From: an uncultured Thermotogae bacterium
GTDB lineage: Bacteria; Bipolaricaulota; Bipolaricaulia; UBA7950; UBA9294
Assembly (NCBI GenBank): GCA_964558595.1
Contig: CAZLER010000001.1
Span: 39,779 to 103,778, forward strand
Length of the DNA: 64,000 nt
Direction: 5' to 3'
Within the stretch, counting starts at the first letter, position 1; every line of letters begins with the position of its first letter. The position numbers and the translations under genes are program-made. This document shows, one piece after another, positions 37,615-48,472 of the stretch. Below the pieces are notes generated by a model, which saw nothing but the letters and a program-made list of their open reading frames with translations, was not told where the DNA came from and did not search any database.

Positions 37615-39042
37615 ATGGCACCGATGGAGCCGTTCCACCTGCCCAGCGTCGTCGACGTACTCAAGCCCGCCGTCGGGCCGAGTTCGTCGCACACCCTGGG
37701 TCCGATGCGCGCCGGGTTGCGGTTCCGCCATGAGCTCGAACGGTGCGCGCAGGGGTCGTCGGGCGCACGTCTAACGGTGACGATGTACGGCAGCCTCGCC
37801 CACACCGGACGAGGCCATCTGTCCGATCTTGCCGTCGTGTGCGGACTGTCGGGCCACGGCCCGGAAGCAATCGCGAACCGGTCGATGCGTTCGATCTACA
37901 ACGAGGTCGCGTCCGCCGGGCGGCTTCCGCTTCCCCGCGGGACGCTCGTCTTCCGGCCCGATGAGGACGTCCGCTTCGATACGGAGACCCCGAGTCGCCC
38001 CCATCCGAACACGCTTCGTTTCGCCGTCCGCGACGATGAGGAGCGGGTGGTACGCTCATCGCTGTTCTGCTCGATCGGCGGCGGAGCGCTCGTCGGCGCC
38101 GACGAGCTGCACTCCCTGGACACCGGCCGGAGCACGTCTTCGACCGCCGCGCGTGACCTGCTCACCGCCTGCGAGCAATCCGGCCGTTCGCTCGCCGACC
38201 ATGCGTTGGCCTTGGAAGAGACCGTCCATGGGCGACCGCGGGACGAGGTCGTCGACCAGCTCGATCGGATCTGGTCCCTGATGCGAAGCTCGATCGACCG
38301 CGGGCTGCGAACCGAAGGCGTCCTTCCCGGCAGGCTCGGGGTGGAGCGGCGAGCGGCGGCGATGTTGCAGCGCTGGGGCAGCACGCGCGGCACGCCGAGC
38401 GTCGGCTCCGGCGAATTCACCCTCGCCTCGATCTACGCCATCGCCGTCGCGGAGGAGAACGCCGACGGCGGCGCCGTCGTCACCGCCCCCACCTGCGGAT
38501 CCGCCGGCGTGCTCCCGGCCTGCCTGCGGGTGACCCAGGATGCCCTCCGCGTGTCGAACCGGGAGATCGTCGACGGACTGCTCGTCGCCGGTGCCATCGG
38601 GGGGCTGGCCATCGCCAAGGCATCGATTGCGGGTGCCCTGGTCGGCTGCCAGGGCGAGATCGGCATCGCCGCCGCGATGGCGGCGGCCGCGGTCTGTCAT
38701 CTACTCGGAGGGAGCGTCGCGGACCAGATCGATCGGGCCGCCGAGACCGCGCTCGAGCACTTCCTCGGCCTCACCTGCGATCCGGTGGCCGGCCTCGTTC
38801 AGATCCCGTGCATCGAGCGGAACGCCGCCGGCGCCGTATCGGGGCTCAATGCAGCCAACCTGGCGAGGGTCACGGGCGGTCGCGATCGGGTCAGCTTCGA
38901 TGCAACACTGGAGGCGATGCATAGGACCGGCCTCGATCTACGCAGCCGGTACAAGGAAACCTCACTCGGCGGGCTCGCCGCGATTCCCGATCTCGATCGG
39001 GACGGCCGCCCGGATGACGAACACCTCAAAACCGCGAACTGA
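37615..39042 (+). CDS. sdaA: L-serine dehydratase, iron-sulfur-dependent, single-chain (beta+alpha)
   Basis: ORF 37294..39042; ATG 37615; ..VGPSSSHTLGPM.. N-terminal motif and Cys ligands; upstream part of ORF is junk. Confidence 0.85.
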   Translation: MAPMEPFHLPSVVDVLKPAVGPSSSHTLGPMRAGLRFRHELERCAQGSSGARLTVTMYGSLAHTGRGHLSDLAVVCGLSGHGPEAIANRSMRSIYNEVASAGRLPLPRGTLVFRPDEDVRFDTETPSRPHPNTLRFAVRDDEERVVRSSLFCSIGGGALVGADELHSLDTGRSTSSTAARDLLTACEQSGRSLADHALALEETVHGRPRDEVVDQLDRIWSLMRSSIDRGLRTEGVLPGRLGVERRAAAMLQRWGSTRGTPSVGSGEFTLASIYAIAVAEENADGGAVVTAPTCGSAGVLPACLRVTQDALRVSNREIVDGLLVAGAIGGLAIAKASIAGALVGCQGEIGIAAAMAAAAVCHLLGGSVADQIDRAAETALEHFLGLTCDPVAGLVQIPCIERNAAGAVSGLNAANLARVTGGRDRVSFDATLEAMHRTGLDLRSRYKETSLGGLAAIPDLDRDGRPDDEHLKTAN

Positions 39043-39054
39043 AGCACTGGATCG

Positions 39055-39552
39055 TCAGGCTTCCTCCGCGTTCAGATCGAGCACGGTCGGGGACATCGTC
39101 GCCGTATCCAGGACCACGACCGTCGCTCGACCGGACAGGTATCCACAGGCCTCGCCGGGGTTGACGACAGCGCACCGACCCTCACGGAGGTCAATCTCGT
39201 GGGTGTGTCCGTAGACGACCAGGTCGTAGTGCCCGCTGTCCACCAAGGCGTCGATCGATTTCGGCTCGTGCATCAACACGGCGCGCACTCCATCGACCTC
39301 AAACGTGTGGTAGCCGAGGTGGATCGGGCCGATCCGCGCGAACCGCTCGGCCAGGTACAGGCGATCGCCGTCGTTGTTCCCGAACACGCCGACGAATTCC
39401 GCGTGTAGCTTCTCCAGAGGACGCACCGTGAACGGCGACACGAAATCCCCGGCGTGGAGCACCATCTCCACCCCCGCGTCGCGGAACCGCTCCACCGCCC
39501 GCTCGAGCAGCGGCAGCCGATCGTGGCTGTCGGACAGGATCCCGAGCTTCAT
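39055..39552 (-). CDS. YfcE/MJ0936-family metallophosphoesterase (second copy)
   Basis: ORF 39055..39705; ATG 39552 MKLGILSDSHD..LHAGDF..GHTHE. Confidence 0.8.
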   Translation of the reverse strand: MKLGILSDSHDRLPLLERAVERFRDAGVEMVLHAGDFVSPFTVRPLEKLHAEFVGVFGNNDGDRLYLAERFARIGPIHLGYHTFEVDGVRAVLMHEPKSIDALVDSGHYDLVVYGHTHEIDLREGRCAVVNPGEACGYLSGRATVVVLDTATMSPTVLDLNAEEA

Positions 39553-40487
39553 CGGGCCGTCCTCGCTTCGCGGTACGTGCGGCTTGAATGGCTCCTCCGT
39601 CCTCCAGCGGTGGACGAAAACGTTGTGCAGCGGAACGAACTCGGCTGTCGCCGCTCCCGTAGGCCGCGAGGTGTCGATCCTCGGTCTGCAGGTGCTGGAG
39701 TGCACCGTTCCATCGACGATGATGGTTTCCTGTTTCCGATCTCAGGTCGTTCGGATGGGGATCGCCACCGTTCGACGTCAGGATGTCGTAGAAGTCGAAC
39801 ACCGCCAGGTGGTCGTCGGGATGGTCGACCAGCCACTCGCGCACCGGCCAGTGGTTCCACGCCCGCGCGGCTCCTGGATCCTTCCAGCGGTCGCACGGCG
39901 CCACCGGCGGCGCGGTGATGGCGACGAACAGCTTGTCGGGGTAGGCCCGCGAAGCTCTCCAGCAGCCGGAGATACACGGCTTGGGCCCGGTCAACCGTCA
40001 GGCCGTCATCGTCCTCCGACGTCGGATCCTCCGGGCGACCCGCGAGGCTCGAATTCGGATAGCACGACGTGAACAGGATGATCTCGTTCTTCCGGTTCGG
40101 ATCCGGATCGGTGCCGCGGCGGTAGTCGGCGTGCTGGTCGAACGTGTGGAGCAGCGCGGTGAACGGCTCGCCATCCGGAACACCCAACCAGTTGACCCAG
40201 TGTACGATGTCGGTGCAGTCGCCGATCGCGCCCCGGCACCCCTCGCAGTCCTCGCACACCGGTCCCCGGCCGTAGCTCGTGCCGCTGACGTAGTCCCCGT
40301 GGTCGGCAAGCGCCCTTCCCAGGCCGCCGTCGCCGTGGGCCAACCCGTTCTCACCGCAGGAAGGGTGGATGACCACCACCTCGTACGTCCTGTCGGGCGG
40401 TGCCGGATCGTCGCGCCCGAGAACCGCGAGGCCCCACGCCACAACGTCGATCATCGCCACCGCAGCCGCGCTCACCGTTCGCCGCAT
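39549..40487 (-). pseudogene. secreted Cys-rich protein of unknown function, apparent +1 frameshift near 39945-39960 (or sequencing indel)
   Basis: ATG 40487 (RBS AAGGGGGAA), signal peptide MRRTVSAAAVAMIDVVAWGLAVLG, ..CGENG..CEDCEGCRGAIGDCTD..; frame A is protein-like up to ..LLESFAG, then protein-like sequence YPDKLFVAITAPPVAPCDRW..VFDFYDILTSNGGDPH continues in the frame of ORF 39299..39994; switch is at a GCGGGCC run; 3' end undefined. Confidence 0.45.
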
Positions 40488-40599
40488 CGCTTCCCCCTTG
40501 TCGAAGGATATCCCCAATCGGACCGGGGCGGTCGATGACCAGTCTAGCACACGGGCGTTCCACGATCGTTCCCGACTCGGTATACTCGAGGTTCAGCCG

Positions 40600-43263
40600 A
40601 TGGACAACCAACTGGAAGCAGCTTCCCAGCCGATCACCAACGCCGCATGGGCCCAGTCGAACGAGGCGGTCGCCCGACAGCTGCAGGTATCCCCCGAGGA
40701 TGGCCTCAGCGCACGCGAGGTCATGCGTCGACGGCAGCAATTCGGGCCGAACCTCCTTCGCGAGCCGGAGCGGACGACATGGTGGGAGGTGCTGCTCCGG
40801 CAGTTCAAGAGCTTGATCGTGCTCCTTCTCGCCGTTGCGTCGGTTGTCTCGTTCTCGTTCGGCGACTGGCAAGAGGGGGCGGCGATCGGGCTGGTCATCC
40901 TGATCAACGCCGTCATCGGGCTGGTGACCGAGCTGCGGGCCGTACGCTCGATGGAGGCGCTACAGCAGCTGACTCGGGTGACGGCGAAGGCCCGTCGGGA
41001 AGGGAAGCTGATCGAGCTGCCCGCGGAGGAGATCGTCCCCGGTGATGTCCTCGTCCTCGAGGCCGGCGACCTGATTTCGGCCGATCTGCGGGTGCTCAGT
41101 GCATCGAAGCTGCAGGCCGACGAATCGGCGCTGACCGGTGAATCGCTCCCGGTCTCCAAGACCGTCGAACCGCTGTCCGAGGACGCAGCGCTCGCCGATC
41201 GCACCAACATGCTGTTCAAGGGAACGACGGTGACGCGTGGTTCCGGGGAGGCGTTGGTCGCGGCAACCGGGATGGCGACCGAGCTCGGCCAGATCTCCTC
41301 ACTGATCGAGGGCTCGCAGGAGGAAGTCACACCGCTCGAGCGTCGGCTCGACCGGCTGGGACGGATGCTGCTGTGGATCACGGTGGTCATCGCCGCGGCG
41401 ATCGCCGGCCTGGGGATCGCCAGCGGAAAAGAGCTGCTGTTGATGATCGAGACCTCGATCGCCCTCGCGGTGGCCGCGATTCCGGAGGGGTTACCGATCG
41501 TCGCCACCTTGGCGCTCGCTCGCGGGATGTGGCGGATGGCGCAGCGGAACGCGGTGATCCGGCGGTTGTCGGCCGTGGAGACGCTCGGGGCGGCGGGAGT
41601 CATCTGCACCGACAAGACGGGGACGCTGACCGAGAACAAGATGGCGGTCGAACGGTACATCCTCTCCGACGGCGCGGTCGAGATGCGCGAGGCGGCCGCG
41701 GAACCGCCCGATCCGTTGGTGCGCGCTGCGCTGGAGGTCGGCATCCTGTGTAACAACGCCGAGGTCGACCCCGAAGCCGGGCTGGGGGTCGGGGACCCGC
41801 TCGAGGTGGCCCTCCTCGAAGCCGGCCAGGCCAGTGGAATCGATGTCCGTGACCTCCGCGACCGCCATCCCGAGCTGCGCGAGGAAGCGTTCGATCCCGA
41901 CAGCAAGCGGATGGCGACCCTGCACCGGACGCCGGAGAACGACGTCTACGTGACCGTCAAGGGGGCTCCCGAGGTGATCCTCGCTTCGTGCACGACGGTT
42001 CTCGAGAGGAGCGGAGTCGTTCCGCTGGACGAGGACGCGAAGACCCGCTGGCTCGCCGAGGAGCGGGCGATGGCCGAGAGGGGATTGCGCGTCCTCGGCC
42101 TGGCTTCCAAGCGCGCCGCCTCCGCGGAGACACCCGCCTACGAGGAGCTCAGCCTCGTCGGGTGGGTCGGCCTCGCCGACCCGCCGCGAACCGATGTCCG
42201 CGCAGCAATCGCAAGCTGCCGCGACGCCGGCATCGATGTCGTCATGGTAACCGGCGACCAACCCGCCACTGGCCTGAGCATCGCGCAAGCGGTGGGACTG
42301 CTGGACGACGGACGGGGCGAAGCCGTCCATGGTTCGGAGCTCGATCGTCTGGTCGACCTTCCCGAGGAGGAACGCCGCCGACTGCTCGAGATTCGAGTGT
42401 TCGCTCGGGTCGCCCCCAAGCAGAAGCTGGAGCTGATCTCCCTGTTCCAGGATGACGGTCGTGTGGTGGCGATGACGGGGGATGGGGTGAACGACGCTCC
42501 GGCGCTGAAGAAAGCCGACATCGGCGTGGCGATGGGCCAACGCGGGACCCAAGTCGCGCAGGAGGCGGCCGATATGGTGCTCAAGGACGACGCGTTCTCG
42601 ACCATCGTCGCCGCGGTGGCCCAGGGACGGGCGATCTTCGACAACATCCGCAAGTTCGTCATCTACCTCCTCTCCTGCAACGTCAGCGAGATCGTCGCCG
42701 TGGCGGTGGCATCGTTTGCTGGGTTGCCGCTGCCGCTACTGCCGCTACAGATCCTGTTCCTCAACCTCGTCACCGACGTCTTCCCCGCACTGGCGCTCGG
42801 TGCCGGCGAGGGTGGTCCGGGAATCATGCGTCGGCCGCCCCGGCCGGCGGACGAGCCGATCGTCGCCGCCCGGCACTGGCGCGTGATCGGGGGGTATGGG
42901 GTGTTCATCGCCGGCGTCGTGCTCGGGGCGTTGTTGTTGGCGATCCACGCGTTCGGGCTCTCCCACGCCCAGGGGACGACGACGGCGTTTCTGTCGCTGG
43001 CGTTCGCTCAGCTATGGCACGTGTTCAATATGCGGGATCCCGGGTCGGGCATCCTCCGCAACGACATCACCCGCAACCGCTACGTGTGGGGCGCGCTGGT
43101 GCTATGCACCGGGCTGCTGGTTGCCGCGGTCTACCTTCCGGGGTTGGCCACCGTGCTGAAGACCGTCGACCCCGGCGTCCGAGGCTGGGTGATCGCCGCG
43201 ATCGCCAGCTTGATCCCATGGGTCGCCGGACAGCTGTCGATCAGCTGGCGGTATCGGCGGTAG
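40600..43263 (+). CDS. P-type cation-transporting ATPase (P2-type, Ca2+/Mg2+-like)
   Basis: ORF 40369..43263; ATG 40600; [22 protein letters not shown] motifs; 10 TM. Confidence 0.9.
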   Translation: MDNQLEAASQPITNAAWAQSNEAVARQLQVSPEDGLSAREVMRRRQQFGPNLLREPERTTWWEVLLRQFKSLIVLLLAVASVVSFSFGDWQEGAAIGLVILINAVIGLVTELRAVRSMEALQQLTRVTAKARREGKLIELPAEEIVPGDVLVLEAGDLISADLRVLSASKLQADESALTGESLPVSKTVEPLSEDAALADRTNMLFKGTTVTRGSGEALVAATGMATELGQISSLIEGSQEEVTPLERRLDRLGRMLLWITVVIAAAIAGLGIASGKELLLMIETSIALAVAAIPEGLPIVATLALARGMWRMAQRNAVIRRLSAVETLGAAGVICTDKTGTLTENKMAVERYILSDGAVEMREAAAEPPDPLVRAALEVGILCNNAEVDPEAGLGVGDPLEVALLEAGQASGIDVRDLRDRHPELREEAFDPDSKRMATLHRTPENDVYVTVKGAPEVILASCTTVLERSGVVPLDEDAKTRWLAEERAMAERGLRVLGLASKRAASAETPAYEELSLVGWVGLADPPRTDVRAAIASCRDAGIDVVMVTGDQPATGLSIAQAVGLLDDGRGEAVHGSELDRLVDLPEEERRRLLEIRVFARVAPKQKLELISLFQDDGRVVAMTGDGVNDAPALKKADIGVAMGQRGTQVAQEAADMVLKDDAFSTIVAAVAQGRAIFDNIRKFVIYLLSCNVSEIVAVAVASFAGLPLPLLPLQILFLNLVTDVFPALALGAGEGGPGIMRRPPRPADEPIVAARHWRVIGGYGVFIAGVVLGALLLAIHAFGLSHAQGTTTAFLSLAFAQLWHVFNMRDPGSGILRNDITRNRYVWGALVLCTGLLVAAVYLPGLATVLKTVDPGVRGWVIAAIASLIPWVAGQLSISWRYRR

Positions 43264-44749
43264 GGTGCCCCGACGGGCGATCAACGGCAAAGCTCGTGCG
43301 GAAATGGTAGCCGTAGATGGACAGGGCAACGGCAAGCGGAAACGCTCGTGGTCGGTGCCGCAACACCCAGCTCAGGAGCTTCCAGTACTGCACGCGTTCT
43401 CGGTCGAGGATGCCCATGCGGTAGACGGAGCGGAAGAACGCCAGGATGTGTTGTACGTCCAGCCGTGTGCGATTGCGCCGGAGGGTGTACTGCTCAAGGA
43501 AAGTCCGGATCCGTTGGTAGTGGGCGCGCGGAGCGTAGATCGTCTGGACGATCCTGCGATAGCCCGCCTGCAGCGTTTCGACCGGCATGGTCGGCACGAT
43601 GTTCGTGCTCCCGTCGGCGTTGTCGCCGGTGACCCACTCCCGTAGCCGCCCTTCCCGGCGCAGCCGATCGTAGAGTCGTGTCCCGGGAATCGCCTGCAAC
43701 AACCCCACCATCGCCGTGACGATACCGCTTTGCTGGATGAACGCGATCTGGCGCTCGAAGATCGCTGGGGTGTCGTGATCGAACCCCACGATGAAGCCGC
43801 CTTGCACTTGAAGGCCGGCTCGTTGGATGCGGTGAACATCGGCGATCATGTCGCGGTTCGCGTTGAGCCGCTTGCCGCACTCCGCCAGGTTGGCCTCCTC
43901 GGGCGTCTCGATGCCGATGAACACGGTGCTGAACCCCGCCTCGACCATCATCCGCATCAGCTCCGGATCGTCGGCGAGATCGATCGACACCTCGGTGGCG
44001 AACTCCACCCGTTGCTTGCCCTGCCGCCATGCGATCAGCGCCGGCAACAACGTCTCCTTGAGGTGTCGTTTGTTGCCGAGGAGGTTGTCGTCTCCCGAGA
44101 AGATCGGCCCCTCCCATCCCAACTCGACCAGACTGTCCAGCTCGCGGAGGATCTGATCGGCGGTCTTGAATCGCGTCCGATGGCCGAACAGCTCACTCAC
44201 GCTACAGAACTCACAGTTGTACGGACAGCCGCGGGAGAACTGCACGATCATCGAAGCGTACAGACGCATGTCGACCAGTTCCCACAACGGCGGCGGGCTC
44301 TCCCGGATGTCGGCGAATTCGTCGGTGCCGTAGCACCTGCCCGCTCGACCCTTCGCGAGATCGTCCAGAAACGGGGGCAGCGTCAGCTCGGCCTCGTTGA
44401 GGATGACGTGGTCGACGTCGGCGAACCGCTCGGGTTCGGTCGTGAACATCGGGCCGCCGGCAACAACTGTCAGGCCCGCGTCCTTGCACCGCCCAATGAT
44501 CTGCCGTGCCGACTCCGCTTGGATCGTCATCCCGCTGATGAACGCCATGTCGGCCCACGCCAGGTCGTCCGCGCCAAGCGCCGACACATTGGCGTCGACC
44601 AATCGTTTTCCCCAGTTCTCCGGCAGCAACGCGGCGACCGTCAGCAAACCGAGCGGTGGAGAGAAGGCGCGCTTACGGATGAAACGAAGCGCGTGCCTGA
44701 AGCTCCAGAAGGTATCCGGGAACTCGGGATAGATCAGCAAAACGTTCAT
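43241..44749 (-). CDS. B12-binding radical SAM protein (class B, DUF4070-type C-terminus)
   Basis: ORF 43241..44893; ATG 44749 (RBS GAAGGGAA); N-terminal cobalamin-binding Rossmann MNVLLIYPEF.., radical SAM CPYNCEFC. Confidence 0.8.
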   Translation of the reverse strand: MNVLLIYPEFPDTFWSFRHALRFIRKRAFSPPLGLLTVAALLPENWGKRLVDANVSALGADDLAWADMAFISGMTIQAESARQIIGRCKDAGLTVVAGGPMFTTEPERFADVDHVILNEAELTLPPFLDDLAKGRAGRCYGTDEFADIRESPPPLWELVDMRLYASMIVQFSRGCPYNCEFCSVSELFGHRTRFKTADQILRELDSLVELGWEGPIFSGDDNLLGNKRHLKETLLPALIAWRQGKQRVEFATEVSIDLADDPELMRMMVEAGFSTVFIGIETPEEANLAECGKRLNANRDMIADVHRIQRAGLQVQGGFIVGFDHDTPAIFERQIAFIQQSGIVTAMVGLLQAIPGTRLYDRLRREGRLREWVTGDNADGSTNIVPTMPVETLQAGYRRIVQTIYAPRAHYQRIRTFLEQYTLRRNRTRLDVQHILAFFRSVYRMGILDRERVQYWKLLSWVLRHRPRAFPLAVALSIYGYHFRTSFAVDRPSGHPTADTAS

Positions 44750-44899
44750 TCGGTTCCCTTCGCGCATCGGGCTGCACACAGGAGGAGTCCATCCGCTCGT
44801 GCGGGCCGGCGGGGCCCGACCATTGTAGGACACCGCGGAGGGACACGAAAGGGCGCGGGAGTGAACGATGGAACCGTGACCCCAGTCATCCACAATGGG

Positions 44900-45919
44900 C
44901 TAGGGGAGGAGGTCGTCGCGGACGTCGGTCACCTCGACGAAGAACGCGAGCCGTTCGCCCTCCGTGGTCTGTGGACGGGCGCGGAGGCCGGCGACGATCC
45001 CGTGGCACGGCATCCGGACCATGGCGAGGACCTCGCCATGGAGGTCGTACACTGTTCCCAACGGGACACCTTCGCGCAACTGCTCGAGCAACGGCAGCTC
45101 CGGAGCGGCGAGCCATACTCCCGACGCCGGAGCTCGGATCGTCCGCAACGCTCCGAGCCACCACCGTTCGGCGTACGCCGGTGTTCCGTTGACCATCCGA
45201 TAGTGACGCAGCACGTTGACGATGCCCCCGCACAGCGCTTCGCCGGCGGCATGGGCGTCGTCGCCGAACGAGCCGGCCAGACCACCACGTTCGACGCCGA
45301 TCCCGGCACCGCCGACAGCGGCAATCTGCGATGCCGGATTCCCTTCGTCGACGCCGATCGGCACGATCAGCGAACAGGTTGGCCCCATTGCCGCGGCCAG
45401 TTCGAGCGACATCGGCGTCTCGGGAGCGAACAGCAGCTCGCCCATGACGAGGTTCGTGCCGCCCGAATGGACGTTGATCTGTAGGTCACAGTCCGCCTGC
45501 ATCGCCGCGAAGTGCGCCGCGGCGGTCCGCTCGGTCGGCGTACCGTCGCCACGCCCCGGGTAGATTCGGTTCATGTCGTACGCCGCGGGATCGGACGGGT
45601 CTCCACGGGAGCCGGCGCGGAACGCCTCCGGGTTCATCGCCGGACAGAGAACGAGCCCCCCGCAGATCGCCCCCGGATCGAGGCGGTCGAGCAGCTTGAC
45701 GATGGCGATCGCGCCCTCCGGTTCGTCGCCATGCGTGCCGCCATTGATCCATAGCACCGGGCCGTTCTCGGCACCGTTGACGAGGACGATCGGGATCGAC
45801 ATCCCGTGCCCACAGATGTCCCGCCCGACCGGGATCTCGCATCGAGCGATCTCGCCCGGCCGCGCCGTCCCGGTTCCGACCGAAAGCTGTCCCCCCGGCG
45901 TCCCTCGCACGTTGCCCAT
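44900..45919 (-). CDS. succinylglutamate desuccinylase/aspartoacylase (AstE/AspA) family zinc hydrolase
   Basis: 339 aa; Zn-binding INGGTHGDEPEG; start uncertain (alt. M40). Confidence 0.7.
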   Translation of the reverse strand: MGNVRGTPGGQLSVGTGTARPGEIARCEIPVGRDICGHGMSIPIVLVNGAENGPVLWINGGTHGDEPEGAIAIVKLLDRLDPGAICGGLVLCPAMNPEAFRAGSRGDPSDPAAYDMNRIYPGRGDGTPTERTAAAHFAAMQADCDLQINVHSGGTNLVMGELLFAPETPMSLELAAAMGPTCSLIVPIGVDEGNPASQIAAVGGAGIGVERGGLAGSFGDDAHAAGEALCGGIVNVLRHYRMVNGTPAYAERWWLGALRTIRAPASGVWLAAPELPLLEQLREGVPLGTVYDLHGEVLAMVRMPCHGIVAGLRARPQTTEGERLAFFVEVTDVRDDLLP

Positions 45920-46032
45920 GGGGTTTCCTCCTCGGCCGCCCCCAAGTGGACCTCCGGGGGCACCGTGCGCATAGTTGACGCGATCGCCGGCCGGAAGTCC
46001 AACGCGCGGCGGTCGGGAGGAAGTGCGGCGAC

Positions 46033-47319
46033 ATGGTCTACCTCACAGCAGCTCGGCTGATCGACGGAACGGGGAGCCCACCGATCGATCGAGGCGCCCT
46101 CCTCGTTGACGGTGATCGGATCGCCGCCGTCGGGCCGGAAGAACGGATTCCGTGTCCTCCCGGCGATGTTGAGACGATCGCGCTCGGCCATGCCACGCTG
46201 CTTCCGGGGCTGATCGACACCCACGTCCATATCACCTGGCAGGTCGACCCGGCGCACTGGCTCGACCTCGGCGTGGCGTCGGCCGAGCGGCTCGCGGCCG
46301 ATGGAGAGATCCACGCGCGTCGGACGATCGCCGCCGGGTTCACCACCGTCCGCGATCTGATGGGGCTGCCCAACGTGGTGCTCTCGTTGCGGGATCGCAT
46401 CGCCCGCGGGGCGATCGTCGGTTCGCGGATCGCCGCCGCCGGCGCCTGCATCACCATCCCCGCCGGGCATGGGACGCAGTTCGGTCACGCCAACGTCCTG
46501 CTGGCGAGTACCGCCAACGAGATCGTCGAGGCGGTGGGACGACAGGTTGGCGCCGGGGTGGATGCGATCAAGATCATGGTCGGACGTGCTTCGTCTTCGT
46601 CGGAGTTCCTCGACTCCCCGGCCTATTCCGTGGAACAGCTGCAGGCCGGGGTTGCGGCCGCCCACCGAGCCGGACTGCGCGTCTGCGCCCACGCTCACAC
46701 CCTGCCGGACGCCGTTCGCACCGCCGTGCTCGCCGGCGTCGATTCCATCGAGCACGGGGCACCGGCGGAAGACGAGACCCTCCGCATCATGGCCGCACGA
46801 GGGACGTACCTCGTGCCCACCCTGTCCGTCGGTCTGGGGCTACCGCAGTCGGGCGAGCCGTCCGATCTCCCGTACGCGCCGCAGGTGATCGCCTGGATGC
46901 AACGGCTCGACCGCGACTCGCGCGATACCGTCCGTCGGGCGCACGCCCTCGGCGTGCCGATCGCCCTCGGCACCGATGCCGGCGCGCCCAAGGTCGCGCA
47001 CGGTGCCAATGCGCGCGAACTCGCCCTACTCGTGGCGTGCGGCTTGTCGCCGATGGAGGCCATCGTCACAGCCACGGGAAACGCCGCCGCGAATCTCGGC
47101 CGTGCCGACCTCGGTCGGTTGGCACCGGGTCGCCTCGCCGACCTCGTCGCCGTCCGCGGCGACCCGCTCGTCAACATCGGCTACCTCGCGGAGCCCGAGC
47201 GGATCCTGCTGGTGATGCAGGGCGGTCGCATCGTCGACGATCGGAGAACCGGCGCCACCACGCGTCCGACGGAGGACGTCAGCCGGCGAGGCAGCGGATC
47301 GTCCGCTGCGCCCGGCTGA
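46033..47319 (+). CDS. amidohydrolase-superfamily metal-dependent hydrolase (imidazolonepropionase/Xaa-Pro dipeptidase-like)
   Basis: 428 aa; LIDTHVHI metal-binding motif, ..VCAHAHT.., ..GTDAG..; C-terminal c. 13 codons overlap convergent M24 gene. Confidence 0.75.
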   Translation: MVYLTAARLIDGTGSPPIDRGALLVDGDRIAAVGPEERIPCPPGDVETIALGHATLLPGLIDTHVHITWQVDPAHWLDLGVASAERLAADGEIHARRTIAAGFTTVRDLMGLPNVVLSLRDRIARGAIVGSRIAAAGACITIPAGHGTQFGHANVLLASTANEIVEAVGRQVGAGVDAIKIMVGRASSSSEFLDSPAYSVEQLQAGVAAAHRAGLRVCAHAHTLPDAVRTAVLAGVDSIEHGAPAEDETLRIMAARGTYLVPTLSVGLGLPQSGEPSDLPYAPQVIAWMQRLDRDSRDTVRRAHALGVPIALGTDAGAPKVAHGANARELALLVACGLSPMEAIVTATGNAAANLGRADLGRLAPGRLADLVAVRGDPLVNIGYLAEPERILLVMQGGRIVDDRRTGATTRPTEDVSRRGSGSSAAPG

Positions 47320-48472
47320 GGAACTCGCACCCCGCCTCGGTCACCAGCACGTCCTCCTCCAGGCTCACCTGCCCGTGGGATGCGTTGGGTACGTGAAGCT
47401 CCAGCGTGAACACGTTGCCTTCCTCGACGATTCCGTCCGGCGAAGCGCCATACCGCTCCCACGGTGGGCCGAGCAGCGTCCCGCCGTCGTGGGCGAATCG
47501 ACCGACCTGATGCCCAAGGGCGTGCGCGAACTCCGGATAGCCGCTACGGTGACGTGCCGACGGGCCACCGCATCCACGTCCTTCCCCCGGACACCCGGCC
47601 GCAACACCTCGTCAGCGAGATCGATCGCATCGCGAACGGTATCGAACGCATGGAGCACCTCATCGGGGATCTCGCCCGGTGGTCCGAAGAAGTACATCCG
47701 CTGCAGATCGGCGCTGTACCCTGCCGCCTGGACACCGAAATCGAAGTGCAGCAGGTGGCCCGCCTTCGTCCGGTTTTCCGACGGCGCACCGTGGCCGAAC
47801 CGCTTGTTGGGACCGGCGTCGACCGCCGGATTCGCCTCCGCCTGCCAGGCGAAGCCGACCCCGAGTTCCGCCATCCTGCGATGGACGACCCGCTGGATCT
47901 CGATCTCCGTCTGCCCCACCCGCAGGAACGCGTCCAGCTCGTCGAAGATCGACTCGGTGATCCGCACCGCCTCCCGGATCCGCTCCTGCTCCAGCGGGCT
48001 CTTCCGTCCGCGGAGCCGTCCGATCATCTGTTCGGCGCTCACCAGCCGCCCCGCGCACGGTGTTCCCTCGAGCATCTCGAGCAGCCGCTGCTTCATCCCC
48101 GCCGTGAGTCCGTCCGCCCCCACGTCATCCCGACTCTCGTCGATCCCGATCGAGCGGGGATCGATCCGTTCCAGCTCCTCGAAGCAGATCGGCCATCCCC
48201 TCGGTGTAGGGAACGATCCGCGGGTACAGCGCGTCGGGGATCGCCACCGCATCGAGCACTCCAACGATCGCGATCGGGTCTCCCTCCGGCGTGAACAGGA
48301 ACGCCGACGGCCAGACCAGATCCGCCCCCAAGACGATCGGCAGCACCGGGTCCGGCGCCTGGACCGGCTCGCGAACGACCACCAGCCAGCAGTCGATCCC
48401 CGTCTCCCGGAGCAGCGGCGAGAGTTGGTCGAGCTTCTCGCGCTGCAGTCCGAGATCCCATCGAGCGTTCAT
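47279..48472 (-). pseudogene. M24 Xaa-Pro aminopeptidase (PepP-like) interrupted by two frameshifts
   Basis: creatinase-N domain in ORF 48125..48553 (MNARWDLGLQREKL..), middle in ORF 47365..48264 (..IDPRSIGIDE.. to ..VDAVARRHVT), C-terminal catalytic part GYPEFAHALGHQVG..NVFTLELHV..EDVLVTEAGCEFLS only in a third frame (own translation) ending at TGA 47279; shifts near 48190-48215 and 47540-47550. Confidence 0.6.
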
